Below, piece by piece: positions 13,157-26,600 of a DNA stretch of 64,000 nt (the first letter of the stretch is position 1; every line of letters starts with the position of its first letter). The notes below the pieces were generated by a model that saw only the letters and a program-made list of their open reading frames with translations, ran no database searches and was not told where the DNA came from. The translations under genes were made by a program, and so were the position numbers. The stretch comes from Chiloscyllium plagiosum. Lineage: Eukaryota. Where the stretch lies: assembly GCF_004010195.1 (NCBI RefSeq), contig NC_057720.1:22071635-22135634 (forward strand). The letters run 5' to 3'.

Positions 13157-13860
13157 AGTCATAGAATCATAGAGTTTTAGAAGTCTATAGCACCAAAAAT
13201 GGCCCTTTGGCCCATTGTATCTGTGCCAGTCAAAAAACAACATATCTATTTGAATCCTATTTTTCATCACTTAACCTTGTATGTCTTGGCACTGCAAAAG
13301 AACTTCTAAGTACTTCTTAAATATTATGCAGGTTTCTGTCTCCACCTTCCTTACAGGCAATGAATTCCAGATACCCTGTGGGTGAACAAAACTTTTCCTT
13401 ACATATCCTCTAACTTTTCTGCTCCTTACCTTAAATCAATACCTCCTCTTCATTAATCCCTCGATCAAGGGGAAAAGTTCCTTCCTATCTATCCCATCTA
13501 TATCTCTCATAATTTTGTCCATCTCAATCATGTCCCACCTCAGCCTCCTCTTCTCTGTCCAATCTTTCCTCATAACTAAAACTCTTCAACCCATGCTACA
13601 TCCTGCTAAATCTCCTCTACAACCTCTCCAGTGCAATCACATCCCTCCTGTAATGAGGATTCCAGAACTGCATGCCATATTCTAGCTGTGGCCCAATCAA
13701 TATTTTATAAAATTCTAGCATCACCTCCCTGCTCACAAACTCTGTCTTGGCTAATAATGCTAAGTATACCAAACACCTCTTAACCACTTCATCTAGCTCT
13801 CCTAATACCTTAAGGTACCTTCCCTCTCTGTCCCATGATTCTCTTAATACCCAGAAATTC
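13157..13860 (-). mobile_element. 5'-truncated CR1 LINE
   Basis: ORF 13617..13862 (LIGPQLEYGMQFWNPHYRRDVIALER); (atcataga)n tail. Confidence 0.8.
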
Positions 13861-15341
13861 ATTTATTTCAGGGTTGAATTTTCTCATTGACTGAAGACCC
13901 ATAGGCCTCTGGGCAGAAAATTTGAAATATTCACAACACTCGGTGAGTAAAGAATTTTTTCCTCAGCTCAGTGCTAAGCCCACCCTTTATCTTGTGCATA
14001 GACAAACATGTTTTGTCTGGAAATATAAACTAGAAAATGGAAGCTTGGATTATTAGTTATTTTAATTTACAGCTTGAAGGAAAAAGAACTGAGCTGTTTA
14101 CTAAAACTGGATTTGGTATTTTTATGAGAAATGCTGGTACCAAGTGCCTTGGAAGAAACAAAGTAACAGGTCGGTTTCAAGTGGCAATTTGTCATTGATC
14201 TGAAAGGAGAGAAGCAGTTGAGACTCTGGCCTTCAAAAAACCTGTCAGCAAGCAAGCTCACTCCTTCTCTCCGAGTGGAAAAGAATAATAATCAAAGACT
14301 TTGCCACAAAACAAATAATTGCTAACTCAAGTCAAGACCTAGGTCAAATGACCTGCTATTAACTTGAGGATCACTACAGGTGACAACAATGTGACATCAT
14401 CATCAAGAAAACAAAGAAAATTGTCACCTCAAAAGTCACTTCATTCTATCCCTTTCAGTTTGGACTCTGATCGATAAGACTTTAGGCCTGAATGCTTATA
14501 TTTTTTCATCCACGATATTCCTAAAACAACTGTTTGTCTTGTCTGTCCAGAATAAGAGAATAAGAGCGTATGCATTTGGAATTCTAACTTAATATCATAA
14601 AAAAAAGAGCTATTCCTCAAATCCCCTTTGGTTATTTGCCCATCCAAGTGACAAAACGTTAGTGGCTAGAAGCTCAGTACAGCTGATTTTGCCATAATGT
14701 TACACAAGATCGTAGAAACATGGAGTCATACAACATGGAAACAGACCCTTCTACCCAACTCTTCTACTTTTTGGTGTATAGTTAATGTTTGCATATTAAT
14801 AATTTATACTCTGTTTTACCACATGTTAGATGATATTTTATTATAATAAATACATTTTTGTTTCTTGTTTATTGATGAAAGCTGATGCAAGTTTATTTTA
14901 TCTTAGATATTAGTCACAGTCAGTCATTAGCCATCCTAAAGATTAAAATGCTCATGTTTCATATTTGTGATAGCTCTTCGAGTATTGGAACTTGATTTCC
15001 TCTGTGCTACTCCCACCAGGGTTCTGACATCTCAGATTGTGGCTCTTTGTTCTAGAGTCTCCAATGAGGGGAAATATTCTACCAGCATCTCCCTTGTCAA
15101 GCCATCTAAGGTTCACCTCTTATCCTTCTAAATTCCATAGACTACAGGCTAATCTTGCTCAAGTTTTCCTCATAGCCCACCCCTCTCAAAAAATAAATAA
15201 ACCTTATGAATTTTACTGTAACTGTCTCATGCAAGTATTTCTTTCTTTAAGTAACATTATGCAATGCTCCAGGTTTGATTTGACTGACTCCGATATGATG
15301 ACAGCAAGTCTTCTTTAGTGTCACACTGAAAGTTTCTTGAC

Positions 15342-15480
15342 TTCACCTGATGAAGGAGCAGTGCTCCTAAAAGTTGTGATTTTAAATAAATCTGATAGAC
15401 TGTAACCTGGTGTCATGTGACTTTTGACTTTGTCCACCACAGTCCAATACCAGCACCTTTTTGTCCACCCCAGTCCAATT
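15342..15480 (+). mobile_element. PLE family B 3' fragment with decayed hammerhead
   Basis: tcac-CTGATGA-A-GGAGC-AGT-GCTCC-tAAAagtt-gtga: stem I TCAC/GTGA and a 5-bp stem II, GAAA box mutated; tail gtccaccccagtccaa duplicated. Confidence 0.7.
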
Positions 15481-15779
15481 CTTGCAATCAAAGCTAACAT
15501 ATCACTTGCATTCCTGATTCTTGCCATACCTGTATGTTAACTTGCTATAAATCATGCACAGATGTTCTCAATACTTCCGAATGCCAGTTTTTACCAAACT
15601 TACACTTCTGATCCTTTCTGATAAATGCAGCTGGGAGGTTTCAGCAATAGATGGACCAGGGTTTCCAACATTTTACTAACGCAAGTAGATGTTTGTTGAC
15701 TGTGAGGATACAAAGTCAGAAGCTCAGCGCAAAGTTATGTGGATGTCAAGGCTGTCAGTAGTCTAGTTCAGGCTCATAT

Positions 15780-18200
15780 AATAACAGAAAGGAGGCAGCA
15801 AGGAAACACCATTCTATTTGTGTTTCTCAGCAAGCATTAAGTTCTGTTGTTGCCTATGGCAGGAAGTTGGCTGACATCCCTGGGTTCTGTCCCTTGAAAG
15901 CAACTAGAGGAAATTCTGAGAGAGGTGTTGATACATTTCCCACCCACCTTTGACACACAGTGTCTGGAAGCATTTCTATGAGTACAACCATCTCAGCACG
16001 CACAGCAACAAGGAGTCCTCAGATCTGAAAATGCAGGCATTAACCTTGTTCTAGGCTTTAACATGAAGGAATTTACTATGTCAACCTGCAAAGACCTGTG
16101 AGGACATACCTGGTCAACTGGTAACTGGTATGAGGTTCCTTCTTTTCACAGTGCAACCTTAGATGGGTAGCCCATCATACTGTAACCAGTGAAGCACACA
16201 TTTCAGTATAATCATTCCATCACAGAGCTATAGGATGGAATTATAGAATCACCGAATGGTCATAACACAGGAAGCCATTAAGTATGTTATGTTCATTACA
16301 GGTCTCTGCAATTACAACTCAGCTAGTCTTACTATCACAGCCCTGCAAATATTTTCTGTTCTGATAACTATCTAACACTCTTTTGAAAGCAGTGCATTCC
16401 AGATCATAACCTCTCTCTGCATTAACTAAAAAACCCATTCTTCAAGGCTCCTTTGGTTTTTTGGCCATTCGGGTGATAACAAATTAGTGGCTGGAAGTTC
16501 AGTGCAGCTACACATTTCCATAATGCTCCACTGTTTGGTGTTTAATTTTAATAGAGGACAGTCACAATTAATTACTGAGATCCTGAGCTCTAACCATACC
16601 CTCAACTGACCCTCATCCATCAATGGGAAAGCAATTAAAAGCCTGCCACAGGTTTCCATCAACCGCTCTCTTGATAACTCTCCCACGCTGTTTGAAATGA
16701 CGAATGCAATCAAATACCTATCTAATGTTAAAGCTAATTAATGTTAATGTTAAGAGATAGAGGTTTACAATGCTAGATGCCAAAGCAAGGTCAACAAACT
16801 CACTGAATTCTCTCAATCTACATGGGAGCAAGGAACCATCCTACCAGAGTACAAAGATGCCTCCATAGTCCTCCTGTATCAGCTGGAAAGAACTTGCCAA
16901 TCTTCAAAAAAATTATTAAAGAATTCTTACTCCTCTCTTTCTCACCAGGAAAATCATTGGCAGAATCCTTCCAAAACATTCGGTGTAACATCTCAAGCCA
17001 GGGGGATTGTTTGCAGTGAGACAGCCCCATGACAAATGCCCATCACTGTGGCTGTGTTTGTTTAGTTTAGCTGAGGGGTCTGCGGGCCTTTGATTGTGTG
17101 GTTTGGCTGCCCTGAGAATTCTTGCTCATGGTTTGACAGTTTCATGATGGCATGCTCGCACATATCCTGGATGATGGTGATCTATTCCCAGTTGTTGGAG
17201 TTAGACTGAACTGTGGGGTAGTAGCGACCCTCTTCAACATGTCATTCTCTACCAGGTATTCCAATATATTATTATGGTGATCGTGGCATCGAAATCAGAA
17301 ATTGCATGGACAGGAAGCTGTTCAATTTGAGGCAACTCCAGGCAAATGCTAAGGTCTTCAAATATTCTTCGCTACTTCATGTTGGCCAATGACAGTTGGT
17401 TTAGACCTGGGCGGTCAATGTGGTATAGACTTTTTAACTAATATGTATGACAACCTTGGCTTTATGATCAGCGTGAGAAAAACTGAAATAATGTACTGGC
17501 CTGTTCCAGGCAAGCACTACCTCACACCCAACTTTTCAATCAATGAACAGAACTGATCAGCATTGAGATATGCTCAAATCTTGGCAGCAAGCTCCCTGAA
17601 CTGACAGTGATGTAGTAATGACAGCAGACTTCAAACATCAGTCTGGGAATAAGGAGGACTACATCTATTTTCCAATCTAAAAGTTGGTACAGCAAACTGC
17701 CCATGCTGCTCCAGGTGCCAGAACTGGACTGTGTATAAGCATTTTGTCGAGAAGCTCGACTACACTCTCTTGAGCTACCTTTAGCAGGTTCCAAGTTTTG
17801 ACAGCAGGACAAAATGCCCAACACAATGCATCCACAATGTAATGAGACAGTCACAATTAAATTGGACTTATTCTGGAGTCAGAATGCCTGACACTTGCTC
17901 CTAAAGAAAGTCTGAGACGAGGGTTCTTTCGTCTGTTGCTCAAAGGAAGTGTCTGAAAGCTTCACTTACAGGTTACGATATTGACTTTGAGTCCTGAGAG
18001 AAGTTCATTCAGGATTGTTGTCACGTAACAAACGTACAATCCCCTTTCAAAAGCAAGTGCATAATAAAGACAAAAAGGAGTTGCTCGGACAGAAAATCCC
18101 AAGCCAGCAACTTGTCAAAGAATAAATCACTCTTGTATCCTGTCCTATTTGCAACAGAATTGGATGCAATCCTGGGTGCAAATCACCCTTAGCAGTCACC
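15780..18200 (+). mobile_element. Old RTE (BovB-like) LINE remnant
   Basis: Decayed peptides EYKDASIVLLY, QFHDGMLAHILDDG, DRKLFNLRQLQANAKV, KTEIMYWPVPG and a terminal CPIC motif, all typical of RTE-clade ORFs. The 5' boundary is uncertain. Confidence 0.65.
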
Positions 18201-18269
18201 CAAGTGCACACTGAAACTTGACAATATGTTCCTGAGGCAGCAGAGCTAAACAATCCCACAACCGACAGA

Positions 18270-20062
18270 TCATCTCTCAGCTCTCAGTCCTGCCACATCC
18301 AGTCGCAAATGGCGGTGGACAATTACACAACTCACTGGAGAAGGATGCAACATAAATATCCACATCCTCAATGATGGAAGAGCTCAGCACATCAGTGCAA
18401 AACATAAGACTGAAGCGTGTGCAGCAATCTTCAGCCAGAAGTGCCGAGTGGATGATCCACCTCAGCCTCCTCTAGCGGTCCCCAGTGTTACAGATACCAG
18501 TCAATTCGATTTGCTCTACGTGATACCCAAAAACAATTGGACATTCTGGATACTGCAAAGGTTATGGGCCCTGAACATCATTCCGGCAATAATACTGAAG
18601 ACTTGTGCTCCACAACTTGCTGCTCCCCTTGCCAAACTGTTCCAATACAGTTACAACACTGACACCAACCTGACAATGTGGGAAATTGCCCGGGTATGTC
18701 CTGTACACAAAAAGCAGGACAAGTCCAACCTGATTACTGCCCCATCAGTCTGCTCTCAATCATCAATAAAGTGATGGAAGGTGTCATCAACCTTGCTATC
18801 AATCAGCATCTGCTCCGCAATAACCTGCTCAGTAATGCCCAATTTGAGATTTCCCAGGCCACTTAGCTCCTGACCTCATTATAGTCTTGGTTCAAACATG
18901 GACAAAAGCTGAATCCAGAGGTGAGGTGACATTGACAGCCCTTGACATCAAGGCAGCATTCAACCAAGTCTGGCATCATGGAGCTCTAACAAAACTAGAA
19001 TCAGTGGGTGCCAGGGGGCAAACTCTCTGCTGGCTGGAGTCAAAGCTGGCACTTAGTAAAATGGTTATGGTTGTTGGAGGTCAGTCATCTCAGCTGCAGG
19101 TCATCTCTGCAGGAGTTCCTCAGGATAGTGTCCTAGACCCAATCATCTTCAGCTGCTTCACCAATGACCTTTCCTACATCATAAGGTCAGAAGTGGAGAT
19201 GTTTGCTGATGATTGCCCAATGTTCAGCACCATTTGTGACTCCTCAGATACCAATTTAGTCCATGTTCAAATGCAACAACATCTGCACAATATCCAGGCT
19301 TGGGCTGACAAGTGGCAAGGAACATTCTTGCCACACAAATGCCAGACTATGACCATCACTAATAACAGGGAATCTAACCATTATTCCTTGACATTCAATG
19401 GCGTTATTATACCCAATATCAATATCCTGGGGGTTACCATGGACCAGAAACTGAACTGCACTTACTGTATGAACACACTGGCTACAAGTACAGGTTAGAG
19501 TCTCGGAAAACTGTGGCTAATAACTCACCTCCTAATTCCCCAAAGCATGGTCCATCATCTACAAGGCTCAAGTCAGGAGTGTGATGGAATACTCCCCACT
19601 TCCCTGGATGGGTGCAGCTCCAAAAACACTCAAGAAGGTTGGTCCTAATCCAAGACAAAACAGCCATTTGATTGGCATGGCATCTGTCAGCATCCACTCC
19701 CTCCATGAACAAATGGTCAGTAGCAGCTATGTGTACTATCTACAAGATGCACTGCAGAAGTTCACCCAGGATCCTCAGACAGCACCTTCCAAACAAATGG
19801 GCACTTCCATCGAGTTGGACAGGGGCAGCAGATACATGGGAACACCACAACCTGCGAGTTCCCCTCCAAGCCACTCACCATCCTGACTTGGAATTATATT
19901 GCCGTACCTTCAAAATCTTAGCATTGTGGGTCAACCCACAGAGGTGGACTGGAATGGTTCAAGAAGACAGCTCACCACTACATTCTCAAGAGCAACTAGG
20001 GATGGACAATAAATAATGGCCATCCCCCAGTGATGCCCACATCCCATAAATGAATAAAATAA
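18270..20062 (+). mobile_element. CR1/L2-group LINE family 2, 5'-truncated
   Basis: RT motifs LDIKAAFNQVWH, GVPQDSVLDP, MFADD; tail gggatggacaataaa...cccacatcccataaatgaataaaa. Confidence 0.85.
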
Positions 20063-20357
20063 ATGATCAGCATGATCATCTTTGCTTCAAATAGTGATCA
20101 ATAAGAACTGAGACAGACTTGCTATTACACTCTGCCTTTTTCTGAGACAAGAACTGATTAAGGATAGTCAACATGGCTTGTGCATGGGGAACCATATCTC
20201 ACTAGACTGAGTTCTTGAAGAACTGATGAAGAGGATTAATGAAGACAGGGCAGTGGATGTGGTCTATATGGACTTCAGTAAGTCATTTGGCTTGATTCCA
20301 CATGGTAGACTAGTTAGCAAGGTTAGATCACATGGAATACAGGGAGAGCTGCAGCAA

Positions 20358-20672
20358 AGTAGCACTGTGGTTTGTACTGCTGCCTCACAGCACCAGGAAC
20401 CTGGATTAGATTCCAGCATCGGACGACTGTCTGTTTGGAGTTTGCACATTCTCCCCATGTCTGTGTGGGTTTCCTCCCTCAATCCAAAGATGTGCAGGTT
20501 AGGTGAATTGGCCTTGCTAAATTGCCCATAGTGTTCAGGGATGTGCAAGTTAAGTGCATGGGTCAGGGATAGATGTAGGGGAAGGGTCTGGGTGGGATAC
20601 TCTTTGGTGGGCAGGTGTGGGCTTGTTGGGCTGAAGGGTCTATTTCTACACAGTAGGGATTCTAATTCTAAT
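20358..20672 (+). mobile_element. HE1-type V-SINE
   Basis: tRNA-like head, V-domain tccaaagatgtgcaggttaggtgaattggc, CR1-like tail ending (ttctaa)n. Confidence 0.8.
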
Positions 20673-21144
20673 ATTAAAAACTATCCATTTACATACATGA
20701 CTGGCTCAAAGGTAGGAGGCAGAGGGTGTTGGTGGTGCAGTGCTGCTTTTTGGTCTGTAAGTCTGTGACCAGTGGTGTGCCACAAGGATCGATGCTAGAT
20801 CCACTGCTTTTTGTCATTTATATAAATGATTTGCATATGAATATAGTAACTTTGCAGATTACACCAAAATTGGTAGTGTAGCGGACAGCCAAGAAGGTGA
20901 GAGTTGAGAGTGTGCATTGAGATCAGGAGTTGTGAGGTCATGTTATGGTTGCACAGGACATTGGTTTGGCCACTTTTGGAATATTGTGTTCAATTCTGGG
21001 CTCCCTGTTATAGAAACTTGAAAGGGTTCAAAAAAGTTTACAATGACGTTGCCAGAGTTGGAGTGTTTGAGCTATAGTGAGAGGCTGAAAGCGCTGGGGT
21101 TATTTTCTTTGGAGCATTGGAGACTGAGGAGTGACTTTACAGAG

Positions 21145-21260
21145 CTGAAAATGTGTTGCTGGAACAGCGCATCCCTGGATGCTGCCTGACCTGCTGCGCT
21201 GTTCCAGCAATACATTTTCAGCACTGATCTCCAGCATCTGCAGACCTCACTTTCTCCTCG
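21145..21260 (+). mobile_element. PLE family A fold-back insertion
   Basis: 14-bp TSD gtgactttacagag (21131-21144, 21261-21274); inverted 5' arm. Confidence 0.85.
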
Positions 21261-22820
21261 GTGACTTTACAGAGGTTTATAAAATCATGAGGGACATAGA
21301 TAGGGTGGTCTTTTCCCCAGAGTAGAGAAGTCCAAAACCAGAGGGTTTGGGTTTAAGGTGAGAGGGGAAAGATTTAAAAGAGACCAAAGGGACAACTTTT
21401 TCACGCAGAGGGTGATGCGTGTATGGAATGAGCTGCCAGAGAAGGTGGTGGAGACTGGCACAATTACAGCATTTAAAAAGCATCTGGATGGGTATATGAA
21501 TAGGAAGAGTTTCAAAAGATATGGGCAAAATGCTGGCAAATGGGGCTACATTAATTTCGGATATCTGGTGGGCATGGACGAGTTGGACTGAGGGGTCTGC
21601 TTCTGTGCCATACAGCTCTGACTCTCAGAAAATAAAACTGAAAAATCATAAAATCAAGTGAATGATTTAAAAGTGAATGAAAATTTTTTAAAAAAGCAAA
21701 AAGAGGCAGAGAAATATAAAAATCACTGAGACAAAACAAAGAATTGGGGCTCCCTCCAAGAGAAAAATACAATGGTGGTACTTAGTCATCTGCAACTCAT
21801 GTGATAGACACTTCTGTCTGTTTGTTTAACACTGCTGGACACCTTGGGTATGCTGCTCAGGACTGAAAATCTTGTTTGTTCAATTGATGGTTCTGACTTT
21901 CACTTCTCATTGACGTTGACCATCATGATCCATCTGTCGGATCAACTCTATAATTTATTCCCTCTCATTCCCCCTACCCGGTCCTTTCTGAGAGGGTGAA
22001 ATCCCTTGCCTACTCTCAACTGACAGGTGAAGCCTTGAGCTTGAACTCAAAATGTAATGGAAAATTACAGTATTTTAATTTAAACTAATAATTTCAAAAG
22101 GTAACACAATAATTCATGTAAAATTTAACTCCCTTCTAACTTAATTTCACTTAAATAATTATAAATCTTAATTCAGTTTTTTTCCTTTGCAATTAAATTT
22201 TGTACCATAGCTGAAGATTCCTTTGGGCCATACTGTCTTGTTTCATATTAATTGGGTCCCCACCATCTACCAAAGATGGAGAATTTTCCTTTTATTGTTA
22301 TTTTGTGGATTGTGCCAATTGCTTTGCTGTCTTCATTTTCCATTTAGTCTGATCTACATTGTTATTTAATGCAACTTTGATAGTGAAGGGTAATCTGCAT
22401 GATTATCTGCATAACTGTAATCTAATATATAGATGTCAGCATTGAGCCAGAAGAAAAAAAACTACCTGTCTAACTAATATGTCCTAATATTTTGAGGATA
22501 TAAAATACCCTAAGAGGTCTTTAAAAATTCCACATTTTAACAAAACTGGACTTTGGCCTTTGAGAAAGTTCCATATGAAAGGCTGCTGATTTAGACCAAA
22601 GCAGAGGGAGTTCAGAGTAAATATTGGGAAAGGTCAGAAATTGTTGAAAGAAAGAAGTCAGTGGGTATTTGATCAGGTTTAATGAGGTGGAGGGCTGTGC
22701 AATGTTGAGGGAAAGGTGTTGAGTGGCCAGGGAATAAATACAGGAACAATTGTCGTCCATTACAATGAGTAAGATTCAGAAACAAAGCGTACTGAAAGGA
22801 AACCTACAAGGTCCAATTTA

Positions 22821-23009
22821 GAGAAGAAAATAAAGAACTTCAGATGCTGGAGATCTGAAACAAACAAAAACAGATATTGATGGAGAAACTCAGCAGGTCT
22901 GGCAGCATCTGTGGAGAGAAAACAGAGATAATGTTTTGAGTCCAGTGATTCTTCTTCAGACTTGAAACATTAACTCTGTTTTCTCTTCACAGATACTGCA
23001 AGACCTGTT
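22821..23009 (-). mobile_element. PLE family C fold-back insertion with decayed hammerhead
   Basis: 13-bp TSD aaggtccaattta (22808-22820, 23010-23022); minus-strand CTGAAGA-A-GAATC-ACTG-GACTC-aAAA-CATT, followed by an inverted partial copy. Confidence 0.8.
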
Positions 23010-23219
23010 AAGGTCCAATTTATAACCCTACTGGATAGCTGTGTGGATTTGGCACTTAATAGGTAGAATTTAGGCAAAGATAAAGAGGGTCTCCCCTGCA
23101 CCTGGAGGCCTGGCAAGACTACCACATCACCAACAATATGTGTGCCATGGGATAACACCTTAGCAGCTCTACTGGTGGTATGGAAACTGATAAAGTGCCC
23201 ACTGAATGCCTCAATAATC

Positions 23220-23300
23220 ATTCCTGATGAAGGGCTTATGCCCAAAAAGCTCCTCGGACACTGCCTGACCTGCTGTGCTTTTCTAGCACTACACTCTTGA
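23220..23300 (+). mobile_element. PLE family A fragment
   Basis: CTGATGA-A-GGGC-TTAT-GCCC-aAAA, internally deleted, then the family A motif. Confidence 0.7.
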
Positions 23301-23330
23301 AACTGAATGACCAGGACAGCTAATGGGCAG

Positions 23331-23660
23331 CTAGATTAGATTAGATTCCCTACAGTATGGAAACAGGTCCTTCAGCCCAACAAGTCCACACTGACCCTCT
23401 GAAGAGAACCCACCCAGACCCATTCCCCTATCCTATATTTACACCTGACTAATGCACCTAACACTACCGGCAATTTAAAATGGCCAATTCACCCAACCTG
23501 CATGACTTTGGGATGTGGGGGGAAACCGGAGCACCCGGAGGAAACCCATGCAGACACGGGTAGAATGTGCAAACTCCACACAGACAGTTGCTCGAGGCGG
23601 GAATCAAACCCGGGTCCCTGTAAGGCAGCAATGCTAACCACTGAGCCACCGTGCCGTCCC
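23331..23660 (-). mobile_element. HE1-type V-SINE
   Basis: Minus strand gggacggcacggtggctcagtggttagc (A box), gggtttgattcc (B box), V-domain, (tctaa)n tail. Confidence 0.88.
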
Positions 23661-26600
23661 TCGGTGAGTGATGATTTTGGGGGCAGGGTGAGATCTGCAG
23701 CTAGGGTGGGGAAGGTCATCTCTCAGCAGGCACTGCTGGGTCCCTTGACCAGGTATTGAATCTCTTACAATGGAGACCATCCACAGTCTTCCTGCTTTAA
23801 CCTGGGCAGTAGCTGGACAGCGGCAGCATTTCTTCTTACATTCTCCCAATAAAATAAATGCAGCCCTGACACCAAACCCATGTCAAGGGCAGGCACAAAA
23901 TCTTCAACCACTGCAGAGGCACAAACCTGGTGACAGAAACTTGGATTGTTTTAGAACTCAAACTGAATTCACCTTGACACCAAAGAGAGGCGTGTTTATC
24001 TTTCTCCATGGAGAACACTCATTAGACAACTGACAAACAAGGTTTCAGCTCTAGCTCAGACACCATGAGCTCCTGACAGGGAAAGAAATGATCAATTCCA
24101 CTTGTTGACAATACCTTGAATTAATATATTATTTTTAATGAAGTGGAAAAACATAGAGATAAATAAGAGAAGTAGTGCTGAGAAAATGAACGAAGAAGTA
24201 AGGTGATGTGACAGGAAGCTCAGTGGAAAATATTCTTCTTTAAGGTTTGGGAAACAAGATGGTCAGCAGACGGGAGTTGTGCTAGAGGTGAACTGTAGTT
24301 TGCTGCACCTCAGCAGAGCAATCTCTCCTTTCATCTCATATTGATTCATAAAGTCAGATAGTTAATTGTCCCACTCTTGTTGTTTTCGCTCTGCATATTT
24401 AACTATGGAATATTGTCTTCTCTGTGACAGATAAATCTAGCATCACAGAATGGCTCCAGCACAGAAGGAAGCCATTTGGCTGGCTGCGTCTGTGGCAGTT
24501 CTCTATAAGAAGCTTCTCAGCTGATCATGCATCAGCTACACCTCCTGCTTTTCTCTGCACCTTTGCATTTTTTTGTTTTCAGATATTTCTCCAATTCTTT
24601 TCCGTAGGCCTTCATTAAATCTGTGTTCACCATACACTCAAGCCTCCATTAAAAAAAAAGACTTCCCTCATTGCACCACTGCATCTTTTACCAACCAACT
24701 TGAATCTTGCCAGACTATTAAATTCCACTCCAGTAATTAGGATTAGTACATCAGCAGAAATATTCCTCCAACTGTCAGAATGAACATGCTTCAGATCTTC
24801 AAATCGTTAACAGGTGCACTTCAAAATTGTTATGTACGCAGAAAATATTCAATACACGGGCCTTGAGTGAAAAAATGCCCAGACAAGGTGATCAAGGGCA
24901 TTGACTCTTTTACAAAAGCAAATCATGCAAAGCCACAGAAAAGACGAGTAAAATTGCTAAAGTTAGAAGGGACTGTGGCAGCCCGCTGTGCGATCATTAA
25001 CACTTTAATGGCTAGAAAGAGATGACTGTTTTCTCAGTGCTCCTCAATCAATAAAAAGCAGACTTGCAGAGAGTGGCCAGTAAGCAGTACTTGATGATGT
25101 GTGCATGAACCTCGACCTTCACCAATTTCATGGTAAAGTGAGCAGGCATTGAAAACAGTGCTCCCAGTTTGCATTGCTGTGAAAACAGATTGACTACTGT
25201 ACCTTCTACTGCGGTATGAATTTACAATTTTTGTCTTTTTTTGTTTTTTTCATCTCTTTTAATTTTAAAAAATCCATCTGCTTCTTTTTTGTTCCTCATT
25301 TTCTAACCTTCTTCTCTACTCTTCTTGGGTGCAAGTTTTGGAAAGGCTGTTTTAAACAACTCTCAGCCACAGCACACACGACCCCCACTAATTAGCACTT
25401 AAAAACTCAGGGCCAAAATTTTGTCTGCATTTCGCCACTTCTAAACAAACTGTGTTAATTCCCTACAGGCAGATGGGATTGAGTTCTGCAAGTGATTGCA
25501 AAGAGTCTTTTAAGCTTGGTCAAATTGGATAAATAAGACTGCCTTAAAGTCATCACAGTAAATAAAACGACTACCATTTTCAGAATGATACATAGTCTAC
25601 TGAAATTATTTCCTTCAGTTTCATTAGGACTTGTACATCTCATTTATAGGTCACTTCAGTGCAATTTATTGTGCAGTAAGAACCATACTTAAAATCTGAT
25701 TTGAAATTGTAAATAGATTTATTTCATAACAATAAAACTAAATGTTTCCCTTTAATCTGTTGAGTAGGTTAGATAGGAAAGGAATAAGAATTAACAGATT
25801 AACACCTGCAACACAGGCTAAATATTTATGCGTGTGATCTGAAATTCACACTTTGCTTATTTATGCATTAAAAATATACCTCAGATACTTTTGCACTGAA
25901 AAGCAATGTGAAGTTTTACGTAATTTTCCAGTCAGATAAATTTTTATTGGTTTTATTACTGGCTATAAAGATGTATTTTGTCAATTTGATGTCTGAATTT
26001 GCAGACAGTCAGGGAGGAGTAACTGCAGCTGTGAGGGGCAAGGCTGTAAAAGAGGCCTGTGGCATACATGCGATCACATTGATTGTGATTGTTTTGCATA
26101 ATCAGATTACAGCAGCACTGTATGTGGTTTCAATAGAAAAATGTCTCATTGATAACAAGGGTCCCAGATGTGAGCTATATGTTGGAATCCTGAATGTGTA
26201 AGCTGACCTAACCTCTCCAGGGTATGTTGAATTTTCTCCATTCTCTCAAGTTCTTCTTATTAAACAATGGAAGTGCCACAGCTGCTGTGTTAAAGTGAAG
26301 ATTCACGCCTTTCACTACATGGTTTTGATCAAGCTACAGATATTGTCTCACTAGATAACCTGTAACTCTTCCATAAATTCAGGATTGGACAACACTTCGC
26401 TACTTTCTGAAAATACAGGCTGCAGACCATCTGTTAAGGTGACATTTATGTGATTTTTATCTGATATTCTCTCATGTATAAACTTTAATTAAAACCACAT
26501 ATTGCAGATTTTTTTTCCACCAGTAAATTGGAGCAGAACCATTCTGATGTTTTGGGTACTTTACTGACAGGAGGAAAGAGACAGATAGCAAAAAAAGCAG

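Larger units (their letters stand above)
20150..21625 (+). mobile_element. Decayed CR1 LINE with nested HE1 and PLE fragment
   Basis: AVDVVYMDFSKSF and FFTQRVMRVWNELP; interrupted at 20358-20672 and 21145-21260. Confidence 0.85.

Noticed and set aside
14770..15030. Possible LTR 3' half ending ...ctgaca
   Set aside because: No 5' terminus, TSD or second copy found.
23464..23719. ORFs such as MAQWLALL... and VWSLHILPVSAWVSSGCSGF
   Set aside because: Translations of the HE1 SINE, not proteins; its tRNA-like head is not a tRNA gene.
25308..25346. 39-nt in-frame AG/GT-bounded micro-exon candidate on the DPYD strand (PFQNLHPRRVEKK)
   Set aside because: No polypyrimidine tract, no homology, and it would interrupt the ferredoxin-like domain.
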